A stretch of DNA of 64,000 nucleotides from Candidatus Melainabacteria bacterium 17Bon1m (GTDB lineage Bacteria > Cyanobacteriota > Vampirovibrionia > Obscuribacterales > Obscuribacteraceae), in assembly GCA_032128875.1 (NCBI GenBank), contig JAVLKG010000009.1:160001-224000 (forward strand), in the 5' to 3' direction. Below, piece after piece: positions 19,514 through 28,945 of this stretch (positions within the stretch are counted from its first letter, which is position 1; each line of letters opens with the position of its first letter). Below the pieces are notes generated by a model. That model made no database searches, was not told the origin of the DNA, and saw only the letters and a list, made by a program, of their open reading frames with translations. Both the position numbers and the translations under genes were made by a program.

Positions 19514-20173
19514 TCAAACTTGAAATATTGCTCTGCCGAGTCGGACCATCGTCGATCCTGCTTCTACGGCTTCCAGCCAGTCCGCTGACATACCCATCGA
19601 AAGTTCTTTCAGTTCGAGTGAGTGTTTTTGCGCCAGCTCGTCACGAAGATTTCTAAGTCCGTTGAAGCATTCAAACCATGTATCGCGATCTTCGATCAAG
19701 GGCGAGATGGTCATCAGTCCTTCGATTTTGATGTTGCTCAGCTTAAGCAAATCAGCCATCTCTTTCTTCAACGTCTCTGGGGTGTAACCAGATTTAGTAT
19801 CATCAGTAAGTATCTTAACTTGAATTAGTACTGATTGCACCATATTTTTTTTGCTAGCTTCCAAAGAAATTTCAGAAGCTAATCGAAGCGAATCGACCGA
19901 GTGGATAAGCTGGAAATATCCAACTGCCTTCTTCACCTTGTTGGTCTGCAGATGACCGATAAAATGCCAATTGCAATTGGCGGCAATGCGCTCCGGCAAT
20001 TTTGTGCGCCGATCGATTGCATCCTGGATCCTGTTTTCACCAAATTCGGTGACACCATTCTCGAATGCTTCTTCGATTTGTGTAAGCGAAGCGCTTTTCG
20101 CTACTGCGATTAGGGTGACTTTGTTGCCGCCCATTGCACCTCGGATACGAGCTAGGTTGCTAGCCACACTCAT
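19514..20173 (-). CDS. yggS: PLP homeostasis protein YggS/PipY
   Basis: LIAVAK, FGENRIQ, WHFIGHLQTNK, LSMGMSAD, GSTMVRLG. Confidence 0.96.
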   Translation of the reverse strand: MSVASNLARIRGAMGGNKVTLIAVAKSASLTQIEEAFENGVTEFGENRIQDAIDRRTKLPERIAANCNWHFIGHLQTNKVKKAVGYFQLIHSVDSLRLASEISLEASKKNMVQSVLIQVKILTDDTKSGYTPETLKKEMADLLKLSNIKIEGLMTISPLIEDRDTWFECFNGLRNLRDELAQKHSLELKELSMGMSADWLEAVEAGSTMVRLGRAIFQV

Positions 20174-20511
20174 GCCTTCCTGGAGAAGCAAAGCGATTTG
20201 CGTAAACCCACTCTGCTCTGCTTAAACTGACATTTAAAAACGCCTACTATTAAGCCTCGCAACACACCGCTTTGTCAAGTCAAACAGCGAATTTTTCTGG
20301 AAATTCTGCTCATCGTAAACGAGTGTTTTGATACCACAGAAGCACCATTTTCAAGTTGACGTTCGTAGCCGAAAACCCTTTATTTGCAAGCGTTTTCACA
20401 AAAAGATATAGCGAATGCATTGCTGATGTATATGCGCTTGTTGGTAGTATCTCCAGTGGTGCGCATTATGGGTGGTATCACTGGTATGTTTTGGCTGCTA
20501 TCCAATTGCTT

Positions 20512-21330
20512 TTAGATCTCTTTTAGATCGCGCATAGCGCTAACAATGGCAGCAGCAGCAACTGCCGCAGTCTCCGATCTCAAAATCAATTTTCCGAGAG
20601 ATGCGAAGGTTAGACTTGTTTCAGCTGCGCGCAAAAGCTCGGCATCAGTAAATCCGCCTTCCGGTCCAAAGCAGAGCGATATTTTTTTCGCCAATCCACG
20701 AGCTGCTTTCTCCTTGGAAAGGTGCATGGACAGATGGGGGCATTCGTTGCGTTCTGCAAATATGTATCGCAGATCTTCTGTGCCACTTTCTGAATCTTTT
20801 GCAAGAAGAATGTCGTTCAAGTAGTCGTTGAAATTTTGCGGTGCAACCACCTTTGGTATCGCGAATCTTTCTGATTGCTCGGCCGCTTCTCTGACGATTG
20901 ACTCCCAACGCTCTTTCTTGACATTGCGATTCTTGCCGTCTTTCTTCTTGCCATCTTCAGCGTCGGGTTTTTGAACGGTTCGCTGTGTAACGAGTGGAAT
21001 GATGGTCGTGGCGCCCAATTCAGTAAGTTTTTCCAAGGCCCATTCGAAACGAGAAGGTTTGATAAGCGGCATGGCAACCGTCAACTCGCTTGCTTCTTCA
21101 AGGCTTTGCGACTCTTTACGCTCGATGAAAAGGGCTACGCTATCGCGATTCTGGTTTTCAATACGGCAATGAAACAAATCTCCCTTGCCGTTAAGCAAGA
21201 TTACCGGTGCTCCAATGCCCAGCCTGAGCACTCTTGCGATTTGATGGACCACCTTGGGATCGTCTATTAGGGCGCCCGAGGAGTTCTCGTTGTATGACTC
21301 TGAGTCTATGAAAAACCTAGGTATCTGCAT
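20512..21330 (-). CDS. rsmE: 16S rRNA m3U1498 methyltransferase
   Basis: HQIARVLRL, EKLTELG, EAAEQSER, GPEGGF, LGKLILRSETA. Confidence 0.95.
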   Translation of the reverse strand: MQIPRFFIDSESYNENSSGALIDDPKVVHQIARVLRLGIGAPVILLNGKGDLFHCRIENQNRDSVALFIERKESQSLEEASELTVAMPLIKPSRFEWALEKLTELGATTIIPLVTQRTVQKPDAEDGKKKDGKNRNVKKERWESIVREAAEQSERFAIPKVVAPQNFNDYLNDILLAKDSESGTEDLRYIFAERNECPHLSMHLSKEKAARGLAKKISLCFGPEGGFTDAELLRAAETSLTFASLGKLILRSETAAVAAAAIVSAMRDLKEI

Positions 21331-21455
21331 CTATTTGATATAATCACTGCCTGCTTGCATAGCATAAGCCCTAGACGACCCGCTGGGTAGTTTTCAGGGG
21401 GATATGCCCGCGCAAGACCTGGCGTTGGCACTAAAGTCAAACTGGATTCAGCTGC

Positions 21456-22367
21456 ATGGACTTGAAAGAATGGTTTGCGTCGCGTAAGAAGCAACGTGAA
21501 GCCGAAGAAGTCAAATTACCGCTCGCAACAGACGAATATTGCGCTCTCTGGACGCAATGTTTTCAGTGCCGCGAGCTTTTGTATACCAGTCAATTGCGCC
21601 AAAACCTGCAAGTCTGCCCGAAGTGCCAGTATCACTTCCGCATCGGTGCCATGCAGCGTATCGAGCAACTCGTCGATCATGGCTCATTCCAAGAGATCGA
21701 TGCCCATTTGGAATCAGCCGATCCGCTTAAATTTGTCGATACCGATTCTTATGTAAAACGTCAGAAAGAAGCCTCTCACAAGTCTGGTTTGAGAGAAGCC
21801 GTCATCACTGGTGAAGGCACTATCGATGGTGAGAGAGCTTGTTTAGGCGTGATGGACTTTGGTCACTTTGGCGGTTCCATGGGGTCTGTCGTTGGCGAAA
21901 AGGTAGCACGCATCACCGAATACGCCACCGAAAAGAATCTGCCTTTGATTCTTGTTTCGTCCTCCGGCGGTGCTCGCATGCAAGAAGGCATCTTCTCTCT
22001 CATGCAATTGGCCAAGACCAGCTCTGCTCTGAAGAGCTTTGCTGATGCCGGTTTGCTCTACATCTCGATTTTGTCTGAACCTACATATGGTGGCGTCACC
22101 GCCAGCTTTGCTATGTTGGGCGACATTCAAATTGCTGAGCCCGGTGCACGTATCGGCTTTGCCGGCAGACGCGTAATTGAGCAAACTATCAGGCAGAAAT
22201 TGCCGGCCGACTTCCAAACCGCTGAGTATTTGCTCAAGCATGGACAAGTAGACATGGTTGTCGAACGCAGTAAGCTGAAGGAAAAACTCGCCTACCTAAT
22301 TAAGTTTCACACCAGTGCTAAAAAGCCGCAAACTGCTCCGCAGAAACAGAAAGCGGTGACGAGATAG
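21456..22367 (+). CDS. accD: Acetyl-CoA carboxylase carboxyltransferase beta
   Basis: C4 zinc finger, GGSMGSVVGEK, SGGARMQEG, GFAGRRVI. Confidence 0.97.
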   Translation: MDLKEWFASRKKQREAEEVKLPLATDEYCALWTQCFQCRELLYTSQLRQNLQVCPKCQYHFRIGAMQRIEQLVDHGSFQEIDAHLESADPLKFVDTDSYVKRQKEASHKSGLREAVITGEGTIDGERACLGVMDFGHFGGSMGSVVGEKVARITEYATEKNLPLILVSSSGGARMQEGIFSLMQLAKTSSALKSFADAGLLYISILSEPTYGGVTASFAMLGDIQIAEPGARIGFAGRRVIEQTIRQKLPADFQTAEYLLKHGQVDMVVERSKLKEKLAYLIKFHTSAKKPQTAPQKQKAVTR

Positions 22368-22436
22368 TCGCTTAGACGCTCTCAGAAGTTTTGAAACTCT
22401 AAAAGAAAGCTATCAAATAAATAGTAGAGGTGTAAG

Positions 22437-23408
22437 TTGACTGACAAGAAAGCGATTCCCCTGGAATTTGAAAAGCCCCTGGAATTGCTGGCACAGCAAA
22501 TCGAGGCTCTGCAAAAGCAGCTTGTCGACCATCCGGAGCTGGAAAGCGACATCAATCATCTGAAGAAGCAGTACGACAATCTGCGTCGGTCTCTCTATTC
22601 GAATTTGAGCGCCAGCGATCACCTGGCTATTGCGCGCCATCCTCAAAGACCTTATACAAGGGATTACTTCAGCCGCTGGGATCCCAACTGGATGGAATTG
22701 CACGGCGACCGCAAGGGTATGGACGATCCTGCGATGGTGACCGGACTTTTGCACCTCGGCGATATCAAAGTGATTGCCGTCGGTACAGAGAAGGGCCGCT
22801 CGCTTCGAGACAAGCAGCAATGCAATTTCGGGATGCCGCAACCGGAAGGTTATAGAAAAGCTCTGCGCTTGTTCAAACACGCCGAGAAATTCGGACTGCC
22901 TGTGGTGACTCTAATTGACACGCCAGGCGCTTATCCAGGCATGGCTGCGGAAGAACACAACCAAGCCGAAGCAATCGCCGTCAACTTGTTCGAATTATCT
23001 GGGCTGAAAGTGCCGGTAATCGCTATCGTCACCGGCGAAGGCGGTTCGGGCGGAGCGCTCGCCGTTGGCGTCGCCAACCGCATTTTGATGATGGAACACT
23101 CTGTCTACTCGGTAATTTCGCCTGAAGGATGCGCATCTATCTTATGGCGCTCGGCCGACAAGCGCGATGATGCAGCTAAAGCGATGAAGATCACCGCCAG
23201 AGAAATTCTTGACCTGGGGGTCATCGACGAAGTGATCGAAGAGCCGCTTGGTGGCGCACACCACGACTATGATTTAGCTGCAGCCAACGCCAAGAAAGCT
23301 GTGATCAAACAGCTGGAGAAATTGCTGTCGCTGTCGGGTGACGCTGTTCGTGCCGACCGCCAGAAGAAATTCCGCGACATGGGCACCTTCCACGAAGCGA
23401 CAGCTTAG
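22437..23408 (+). CDS. accA: Acetyl-CoA carboxylase carboxyltransferase alpha
   Basis: LEFEKP, ARHPQRP, FGMPQPEGYRKA, GEGGSGGAL, ISPEGCASILW. Confidence 0.97.
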   Translation: MTDKKAIPLEFEKPLELLAQQIEALQKQLVDHPELESDINHLKKQYDNLRRSLYSNLSASDHLAIARHPQRPYTRDYFSRWDPNWMELHGDRKGMDDPAMVTGLLHLGDIKVIAVGTEKGRSLRDKQQCNFGMPQPEGYRKALRLFKHAEKFGLPVVTLIDTPGAYPGMAAEEHNQAEAIAVNLFELSGLKVPVIAIVTGEGGSGGALAVGVANRILMMEHSVYSVISPEGCASILWRSADKRDDAAKAMKITAREILDLGVIDEVIEEPLGGAHHDYDLAAANAKKAVIKQLEKLLSLSGDAVRADRQKKFRDMGTFHEATA

Positions 23409-23422
23409 GGCGTGTTTTATCC

Positions 23423-23445
23423 GGGAAGCTTCTCAGCTTCCCTAC
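23423..23445 (-). repeat. REP-like palindrome, possibly also a terminator between convergent genes
   Basis: Minus strand reads GTAG-ggaagct-gaga-agcttcc-c. Confidence 0.55.
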
Positions 23446-23458
23446 GAGGCAGACTTAG

Positions 23459-25159
23459 CTACTTTTTTTTTACGCTGTCGTTTTGAGCGCGTCTGTACTG
23501 CTTCAATAATTTCTTGATCTCTTTGGCATCAGCCGTTTTCGGCGGAATTTTGTTGAGCATGGAGATCGCTTCTGAAAAGCGATCGTCGCCTGCGTATGCC
23601 TTCGCGATCTTCAAATAGAGACCATTGATCTTATCCATCTGCGCCTTAGGCAATTTGCCTTTGGAGTCCTTCTTGATGAATTCGATGATTGGAATTGCTT
23701 CGTCTTCTTTGCCGTTTTTGATCAGGTTTTCCGCATCCGCAATTGTTTGCGGCTTGCGAACCGGTGTTACCTTGCTGCTCATCGCACCATTTGCGTAGAA
23801 CATTGCCACCGTCACTAAAACAAGACCAAGCAAAACAGGTACGCCGATGCGCAAGACTCCGCCGATATCGAAGCCCATGCCTTTGGGTGCATTCTTATAT
23901 ACGGCTTGTGATGAGTGTTTTGGTGCTGAATGTTTGGGCGCAGTTTGTCTTTGCTGCGCGGAAGTTGTTTTAAGTTGTGCCGCACTCAATTCCGTATATT
24001 CGCCCGATGCGCGTTGTTGCAATTCTTCCAACGCGCGCGTCGCCAAATCTTTGGTATTCGGCTTGGGCTGAATGAATTCGCGACTGTCTTTGTCTACTTC
24101 TTGTGTCTTGTGGCGTGCCACTGTTCCACCGATGTCTTCGCTGGCGGCAAGCGGACCAGGTTGAAGCACCGGCAGTGGTTGCGAAACCGCAAGCGGATTT
24201 GCCGCTGGTTGTTTTGCCGCTTCAGTTATTGCTGATGCGAGGTCGTCCATATCCTGGAAGCGATCATCTGGATTCTTCGATAATGCTTTGGAGACAACAC
24301 GTTCCAACATCTCCGGAAACTGCAAATCCGGTCGCACTTTATTAATAGGTGTCGGCGGGTCGGTCAAATGCATCGCCATGACTTTCGCCAATTCGTCCGA
24401 CATAAAAGGAACCGTGCCGGTCAAAGTTTCATAAATAACGATGCCGACTGAATAGATGTCGCTTCTGTGGTCGACTTTACTGGACGTGCACTGCTCGGGG
24501 CTCATGTAAGTCGGGCTTCCGCAGACCGTTCCAGTGCGCGTGATTTTGGCGACGTCGGATTCTTCCTGTACCAATCGAGCAATACCGAAGTCCACAACTA
24601 TAGGGAACATCTTCTGCCCGCTGCGTTCAACAAGTACGATGTTTTCCGGCTTGACGTCACGGTGAACAACGCCCTGTCTATGCGCTTCTGCAAGTGCCGC
24701 GCAGACTTGCGACAAAATAGGAATCCCTTCTTCCATAGGCAAATAGCCGCGATCGGCAATCATCTCAGAAAGAGGCGTGCCTCGCAGCAAGTCCATCGCG
24801 ATGTACGGGCGCCCGGTTTTGGGCAGAACGCCGAAGTCGTAGATGGTGATGATATTGGGGTGGCTGAGTCGGCTGGACGCTTTTGCTTCCTGCCTGAAGC
24901 GCTTGATAAATTCCTCGTCGGATACCAGGTAATCGTGAAGTACCTTGATAGCTACTTCGCGTCCGATAAGTTCTTGGATCGCCTTATAGACCGTACCAGC
25001 CGAACCTTGTCCGATTACGGACTCAATGCGATACCGACCTTCGACAACCAGACCCAAAAGCGGATCTTCGCCGACGGTGACCATAGACGAGCCATCGCGC
25101 GGGCAAATATCTTGACCGTCGGTTGCTGTCTGGAAATTGCAGATCAGACAAAGCTTCAT
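23459..25159 (-). CDS. Hanks-type Ser/Thr protein kinase, one TM, C-terminal helical (TPR-like) region
   Basis: N-terminal CxxC...CPRDG; GQGSAG, VAIK, HRDVKPEN, DFG, SPE; TM near residue 440. Confidence 0.95.
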   Translation of the reverse strand: MKLCLICNFQTATDGQDICPRDGSSMVTVGEDPLLGLVVEGRYRIESVIGQGSAGTVYKAIQELIGREVAIKVLHDYLVSDEEFIKRFRQEAKASSRLSHPNIITIYDFGVLPKTGRPYIAMDLLRGTPLSEMIADRGYLPMEEGIPILSQVCAALAEAHRQGVVHRDVKPENIVLVERSGQKMFPIVVDFGIARLVQEESDVAKITRTGTVCGSPTYMSPEQCTSSKVDHRSDIYSVGIVIYETLTGTVPFMSDELAKVMAMHLTDPPTPINKVRPDLQFPEMLERVVSKALSKNPDDRFQDMDDLASAITEAAKQPAANPLAVSQPLPVLQPGPLAASEDIGGTVARHKTQEVDKDSREFIQPKPNTKDLATRALEELQQRASGEYTELSAAQLKTTSAQQRQTAPKHSAPKHSSQAVYKNAPKGMGFDIGGVLRIGVPVLLGLVLVTVAMFYANGAMSSKVTPVRKPQTIADAENLIKNGKEDEAIPIIEFIKKDSKGKLPKAQMDKINGLYLKIAKAYAGDDRFSEAISMLNKIPPKTADAKEIKKLLKQYRRAQNDSVKKK

Positions 25160-25377
25160 GCTTAGGTCCGAAAGGGGATGCCGGGTTTGGGGGTGCCATG
25201 GTAAATGGGCGCGGGCGCCAAATTGCTGGGCACAAGGGACAAAGCCCTTATATTACTTTTAATTACCACAGATACATGGTCACAAACCTAATATCCCAAT
25301 TCGTCTTAATATCATGACTTGTCTTTTCTGATTATCAGAAGGCGCGAATATGTCGCGCGCGTTTTACTAGCAATGAA

Positions 25378-26667
25378 TTGGAAATCAAGTTGGCTAACAC
25401 AAAATCTATGAACCCCGAGGCACAGCAGAATCAAGAAAATTCACCAGGGGCAGACTCTACTGCCGGAGGTGCGCCGGAGGGCGAGGGAAAAGGAAAGAAG
25501 GCTGGTAAAGCCGCGCTGCTTTTGATCTTCTTCACGGTATTCATCGACCTGGTCGGGTTCGGATTGATTATTCCCGTGTTGCCGACCTACGCGCAGCAAC
25601 TGCACGCGGATGATTTTGCAGTTGGTTGCGTGATCGCGACTTATTCAGTTTTCCAGTTCTTCTTCACGCCGATTTGGGGACGGATGTCCGACAAAGTGGG
25701 CAGAAGACCAATTTTGCTTTTCAGCCTTGCCGCCTCAGCTCTTGGATATTTGATCTGGGGCTTCTCCAGCTCGCTGGTGATGCTCTTTGTCTCGCGCGCA
25801 GTGGCGGGCGCAGGCAATGCCAATATCGCAGTCGCACAGGCCTATGTCAGCGACGTCACCACCAAAGAAAATCGAGCCAAGGGCATGGGGCTTGTTGGAG
25901 CGGCTTTCGGCCTGGGCTTCGTGCTCGGACCCGCAATCGGCGGTGGTTGCGTAAGCATGGGCTTCAACTTGCAAACCATTGGTTTCGTCGCAGCTGCCCT
26001 GAGCATCATCGATCTCGTGCTTACGTTTTTCCTCTTGCCCGAACCTCCGCAGCGCAGCAACGCCGGCAATGAGCGTTTCACCAAGGAAAAAAACTTCTTT
26101 CTCAATACACTCAATGATTCCAAGTTGCGCACATCGCTGCTGATCTTCTTTATCGCGACTTTTGCGTTTGCCAACATGGAAGCGACGATCGTTCTTCTGA
26201 CTACAAAGAAGCTGAACTTCGGTAGTTTCGAAAACACAATGATGTTCCTCTACATCGGGTTGCTGATTGTCTTCGTCCAGGGCGGCATGATTCACCGCCT
26301 CAACAAGAAGTACGGTGAGAAGAAGCTGATTGGCATCGGCAGCGTAATGGTGGCTCTAGGGCTTATTCTGACGCCTATTTCGTCCAACCTCTGGGTGTTG
26401 GGCGCTGCACTCTTCTTTCTTGCGGTCGGCAGTGGTTTGAACAACCCCGCCAATCAGAGCTTGTTGTCAAAGCTCGCACCGGAAGACAAGACGGGCGGAG
26501 TGCTCGGTGTGGGTCAGTCACTTTCGACACTTGGACGCATTGCCGGACCGGTTGTTGGCGGTTTTGCTTTCCAATACCTTGGCATGTCCAGCCCCTACTT
26601 CATCGGTGCGGTAGCAATGGTGGTGGCATTCGTTTTGAGTCTGAAACTGCCCGACGCTGCGGCTTAA
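25378..26667 (+). CDS. MFS transporter, TetA/DHA1-like (start may be 25408)
   Basis: About 12 TM; motif A GRMSDKVGRR; antiporter motif GFVLGPAIGG. Confidence 0.92.
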   Translation: MEIKLANTKSMNPEAQQNQENSPGADSTAGGAPEGEGKGKKAGKAALLLIFFTVFIDLVGFGLIIPVLPTYAQQLHADDFAVGCVIATYSVFQFFFTPIWGRMSDKVGRRPILLFSLAASALGYLIWGFSSSLVMLFVSRAVAGAGNANIAVAQAYVSDVTTKENRAKGMGLVGAAFGLGFVLGPAIGGGCVSMGFNLQTIGFVAAALSIIDLVLTFFLLPEPPQRSNAGNERFTKEKNFFLNTLNDSKLRTSLLIFFIATFAFANMEATIVLLTTKKLNFGSFENTMMFLYIGLLIVFVQGGMIHRLNKKYGEKKLIGIGSVMVALGLILTPISSNLWVLGAALFFLAVGSGLNNPANQSLLSKLAPEDKTGGVLGVGQSLSTLGRIAGPVVGGFAFQYLGMSSPYFIGAVAMVVAFVLSLKLPDAAA

Positions 26668-26766
26668 GACCGAGACAGCGAGCCAACCCTGGCTTGAAAT
26701 CAAGCTTTTGGAATTTTCGTGTTCGGAAATACCCATCAGTTTTAGCGTTTGAAATTTATTAAAACG

Positions 26767-26775
26767 TGTTATAGT
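26767..26775 (+). promoter_or_regulatory. Extended -10 promoter candidate
   Basis: TGtTATAGT in an AT-rich context upstream of a structured segment. Confidence 0.4.
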
Positions 26776-27062
26776 CATTGCTATACGTATTTGATGTGGG
26801 GAGGAAAAGACCGCCAAGCATCAATTAATCGGTGCGCCGTCCCGATCTTTGACCATACGGGAACCAAATGGACGACCACCGGTCTTAATACGAAAGGCTT
26901 TAGAGCTTAGCTGCTCCTGAATCGCAAGATTGACGATTGAAACCGTAGTAATCCGAAAGTTCAAAAACAAGCAGTGCTGCTCGCGGAAACAGCGTTAGAC
27001 AACACAATCTTGATCAAACTTCGCGTTGATACCAAGATTTTAAAAATAGAGATAAGAAGAAG

Positions 27063-27203
27063 ATGGAAAGAGAATACAAAACCAGTCCTAGCTCGACGAG
27101 CATGAAGTTTCAAGAAGTACAGAAGCGCTACAAGCAAGAACTTAATCGCTATCAAAAGCAGATCGAAAAGTCTAAAAGAAAAGTCGAAACCGCACGCAAA
27201 TAG
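27063..27203 (+). CDS. Small basic helical protein, 46 aa (MEREYKTSPSSTSMKFQEVQKRYKQELNRYQKQIEKSKRKVETARK)
   Basis: Manual translation, below the ORF-track cutoff; purine-rich upstream sequence; charged helical composition. Confidence 0.5.
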   Translation: MEREYKTSPSSTSMKFQEVQKRYKQELNRYQKQIEKSKRKVETARK

Positions 27204-27290
27204 CTCTATCTTTTGCCTTGGAAGTCGATATTTCGTCCGATTTCGGTTTAAATAGAACCTCAATCTAAACGAAAGATCGGACGCAATTTC

Positions 27291-28748
27291 ATGAGGCAGG
27301 AACAAGATTTGAAAGATGCGAGAGCAAAAGCTCGCCACGGTGCCACAGGCGGCGATCCGTTGCAGAGTAGTGCGCGCCGCCTTTGGCAAAACCCGCGCAT
27401 CGAAGCGACACTTTTGCCATACACGCTCCAGTCGACACAGGCTCACCTGCGCATGCTGGGCGACTGTTCGCTCATAGATCCGGAAGTGGCCGAATCACTC
27501 TCGGCGTCTGTTTCGAATCTGCGCGAGCGTGTAAACGGCGGCGAAAACATCCTGCAAAGCAATGACGAAGACGTTCTCTCGGCGGTAGAAAGACATTTGG
27601 AAGAAACAGCCGGCAGCAACGCTGGAGTCGTTCGTTTGTTCTCCACTCCGCGCGAACAGCTTTCCCTCGATACGCGCCTGTGGATGCGTGACACTGCATT
27701 AGCGACAGCCGCAAGTCTTGCGCAGCTTCGCTTCACTCTTTTGGATCTCGCCGACCAACACGCCGAGATTCACCTTCCTACGTATGTGCATCTGAAAAAA
27801 GCGCGCTCGATCATGGTTGCTGACTTCTGGCTTACATACGAATTGCGTTTTGCTCGTGACTTCAAACGTTTAGAAGAAATCCGCAAAAAATTAGACACTC
27901 TTCCTCTTACAGAGAATGTTCAACTGTCTAACGGCAAGGTTATCGATCGCCAAAGAATCGGTCAGTATCTGGGCTTTTACACCATTTTGGAAAACGGCTT
28001 GGATGCGGCGACGGATCGCGACTATCTGATGGAATTCGCCGCGTTTGCTTCCATACTGAGCGTGCACATCTCGCAATTGTCCTCGGATCTTATGACCTGG
28101 TCGACCCAAGAATTTGGCTTTGTGCGCCAGACACGTCCGTTTCATTTCTACGACCAAGAAGTTTCGCACAAGCGCAACCAGGAAGTGCTGGCGGTGCTCA
28201 GATCGCGACCGGCTGCGGTTTTCGGCGATATGCAAGAAACACTCTCTGCAATGAAAGGACTTTCAATAAATTACAGTCAGGATTTCGAAGAGTGTGTCCC
28301 AGCAGCCATCGATATTTCAGACAACATCAATTTCTTGATCGATCTTTTGATCTCTTATTTGCCCAGCCTCGAATTTGATGTCGATGCTTTGAAAGACGCA
28401 TCTAATCCGGTGATCGTCTCGGGTGAGTCGGCAATTCAATTTCTCGTCGACCGCGGCGTCGATAGAAAGAAAGCAGAGAAAGCTGTCGAAGAGCTTGTCG
28501 AATACTGCAAACAAAGACACAAGTCGCCATCTGATATGACGCTCAACGAGTGGACTCAATTCTCGATGGCTTTCGATTCAGATATATACGATGCGATTGC
28601 GAATTCCGAAATGGAGCTCACGACGAGCCACGGCAATGAATGGCTGGCGCTGGACATCGCTCGCAAGATCAAAGAGAAAGTGCAAAGCGCCCGCCTGCTT
28701 GTGGAAGACGACATGACCACCTTAGGCGCCCCGGATCTTCATATTTGA
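27291..28748 (+). CDS. Argininosuccinate lyase-fold protein with degenerate catalytic motifs
   Basis: Colinear with ArgH (EDVLSAVE, DRQRIGQYLGF, NGLDAATDRDY, WSTQEFGFV, MKGLSINYSQD), but the conserved regions are altered. Confidence 0.8.
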   Translation: MRQEQDLKDARAKARHGATGGDPLQSSARRLWQNPRIEATLLPYTLQSTQAHLRMLGDCSLIDPEVAESLSASVSNLRERVNGGENILQSNDEDVLSAVERHLEETAGSNAGVVRLFSTPREQLSLDTRLWMRDTALATAASLAQLRFTLLDLADQHAEIHLPTYVHLKKARSIMVADFWLTYELRFARDFKRLEEIRKKLDTLPLTENVQLSNGKVIDRQRIGQYLGFYTILENGLDAATDRDYLMEFAAFASILSVHISQLSSDLMTWSTQEFGFVRQTRPFHFYDQEVSHKRNQEVLAVLRSRPAAVFGDMQETLSAMKGLSINYSQDFEECVPAAIDISDNINFLIDLLISYLPSLEFDVDALKDASNPVIVSGESAIQFLVDRGVDRKKAEKAVEELVEYCKQRHKSPSDMTLNEWTQFSMAFDSDIYDAIANSEMELTTSHGNEWLALDIARKIKEKVQSARLLVEDDMTTLGAPDLHI

Positions 28749-28945
28749 GAACGACAAAAACAAGTCGCAGTCTTGCTAAAGTGAATTTCACTGTTTAAGA
28801 AACTCCGACAGAGGCGCTATTTGCCGGAATTTGAGAGCTTGCAAAGGTTTTGAAGGTAAACAAGGGCTATTGTTTACCTGTAGACTATGGGGGTTTACCA
28901 GGTTTTTCTCGTTGGGGAGGGCTTGCGAATGCAGGTCGGTCTTAG

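Noticed and set aside
26797..26816. RNase P RNA (GAGGAAA-like start)
   Set aside because: No GAGGAAAGTCC match and no matching 3' AGAACCCGGCTTA segment at a plausible distance.
27291..28748. Calling this gene argH or a pseudogene
   Set aside because: Catalytic motifs are altered, so argH is unsupported; the frame is full length and intact, so pseudogene is unsupported.
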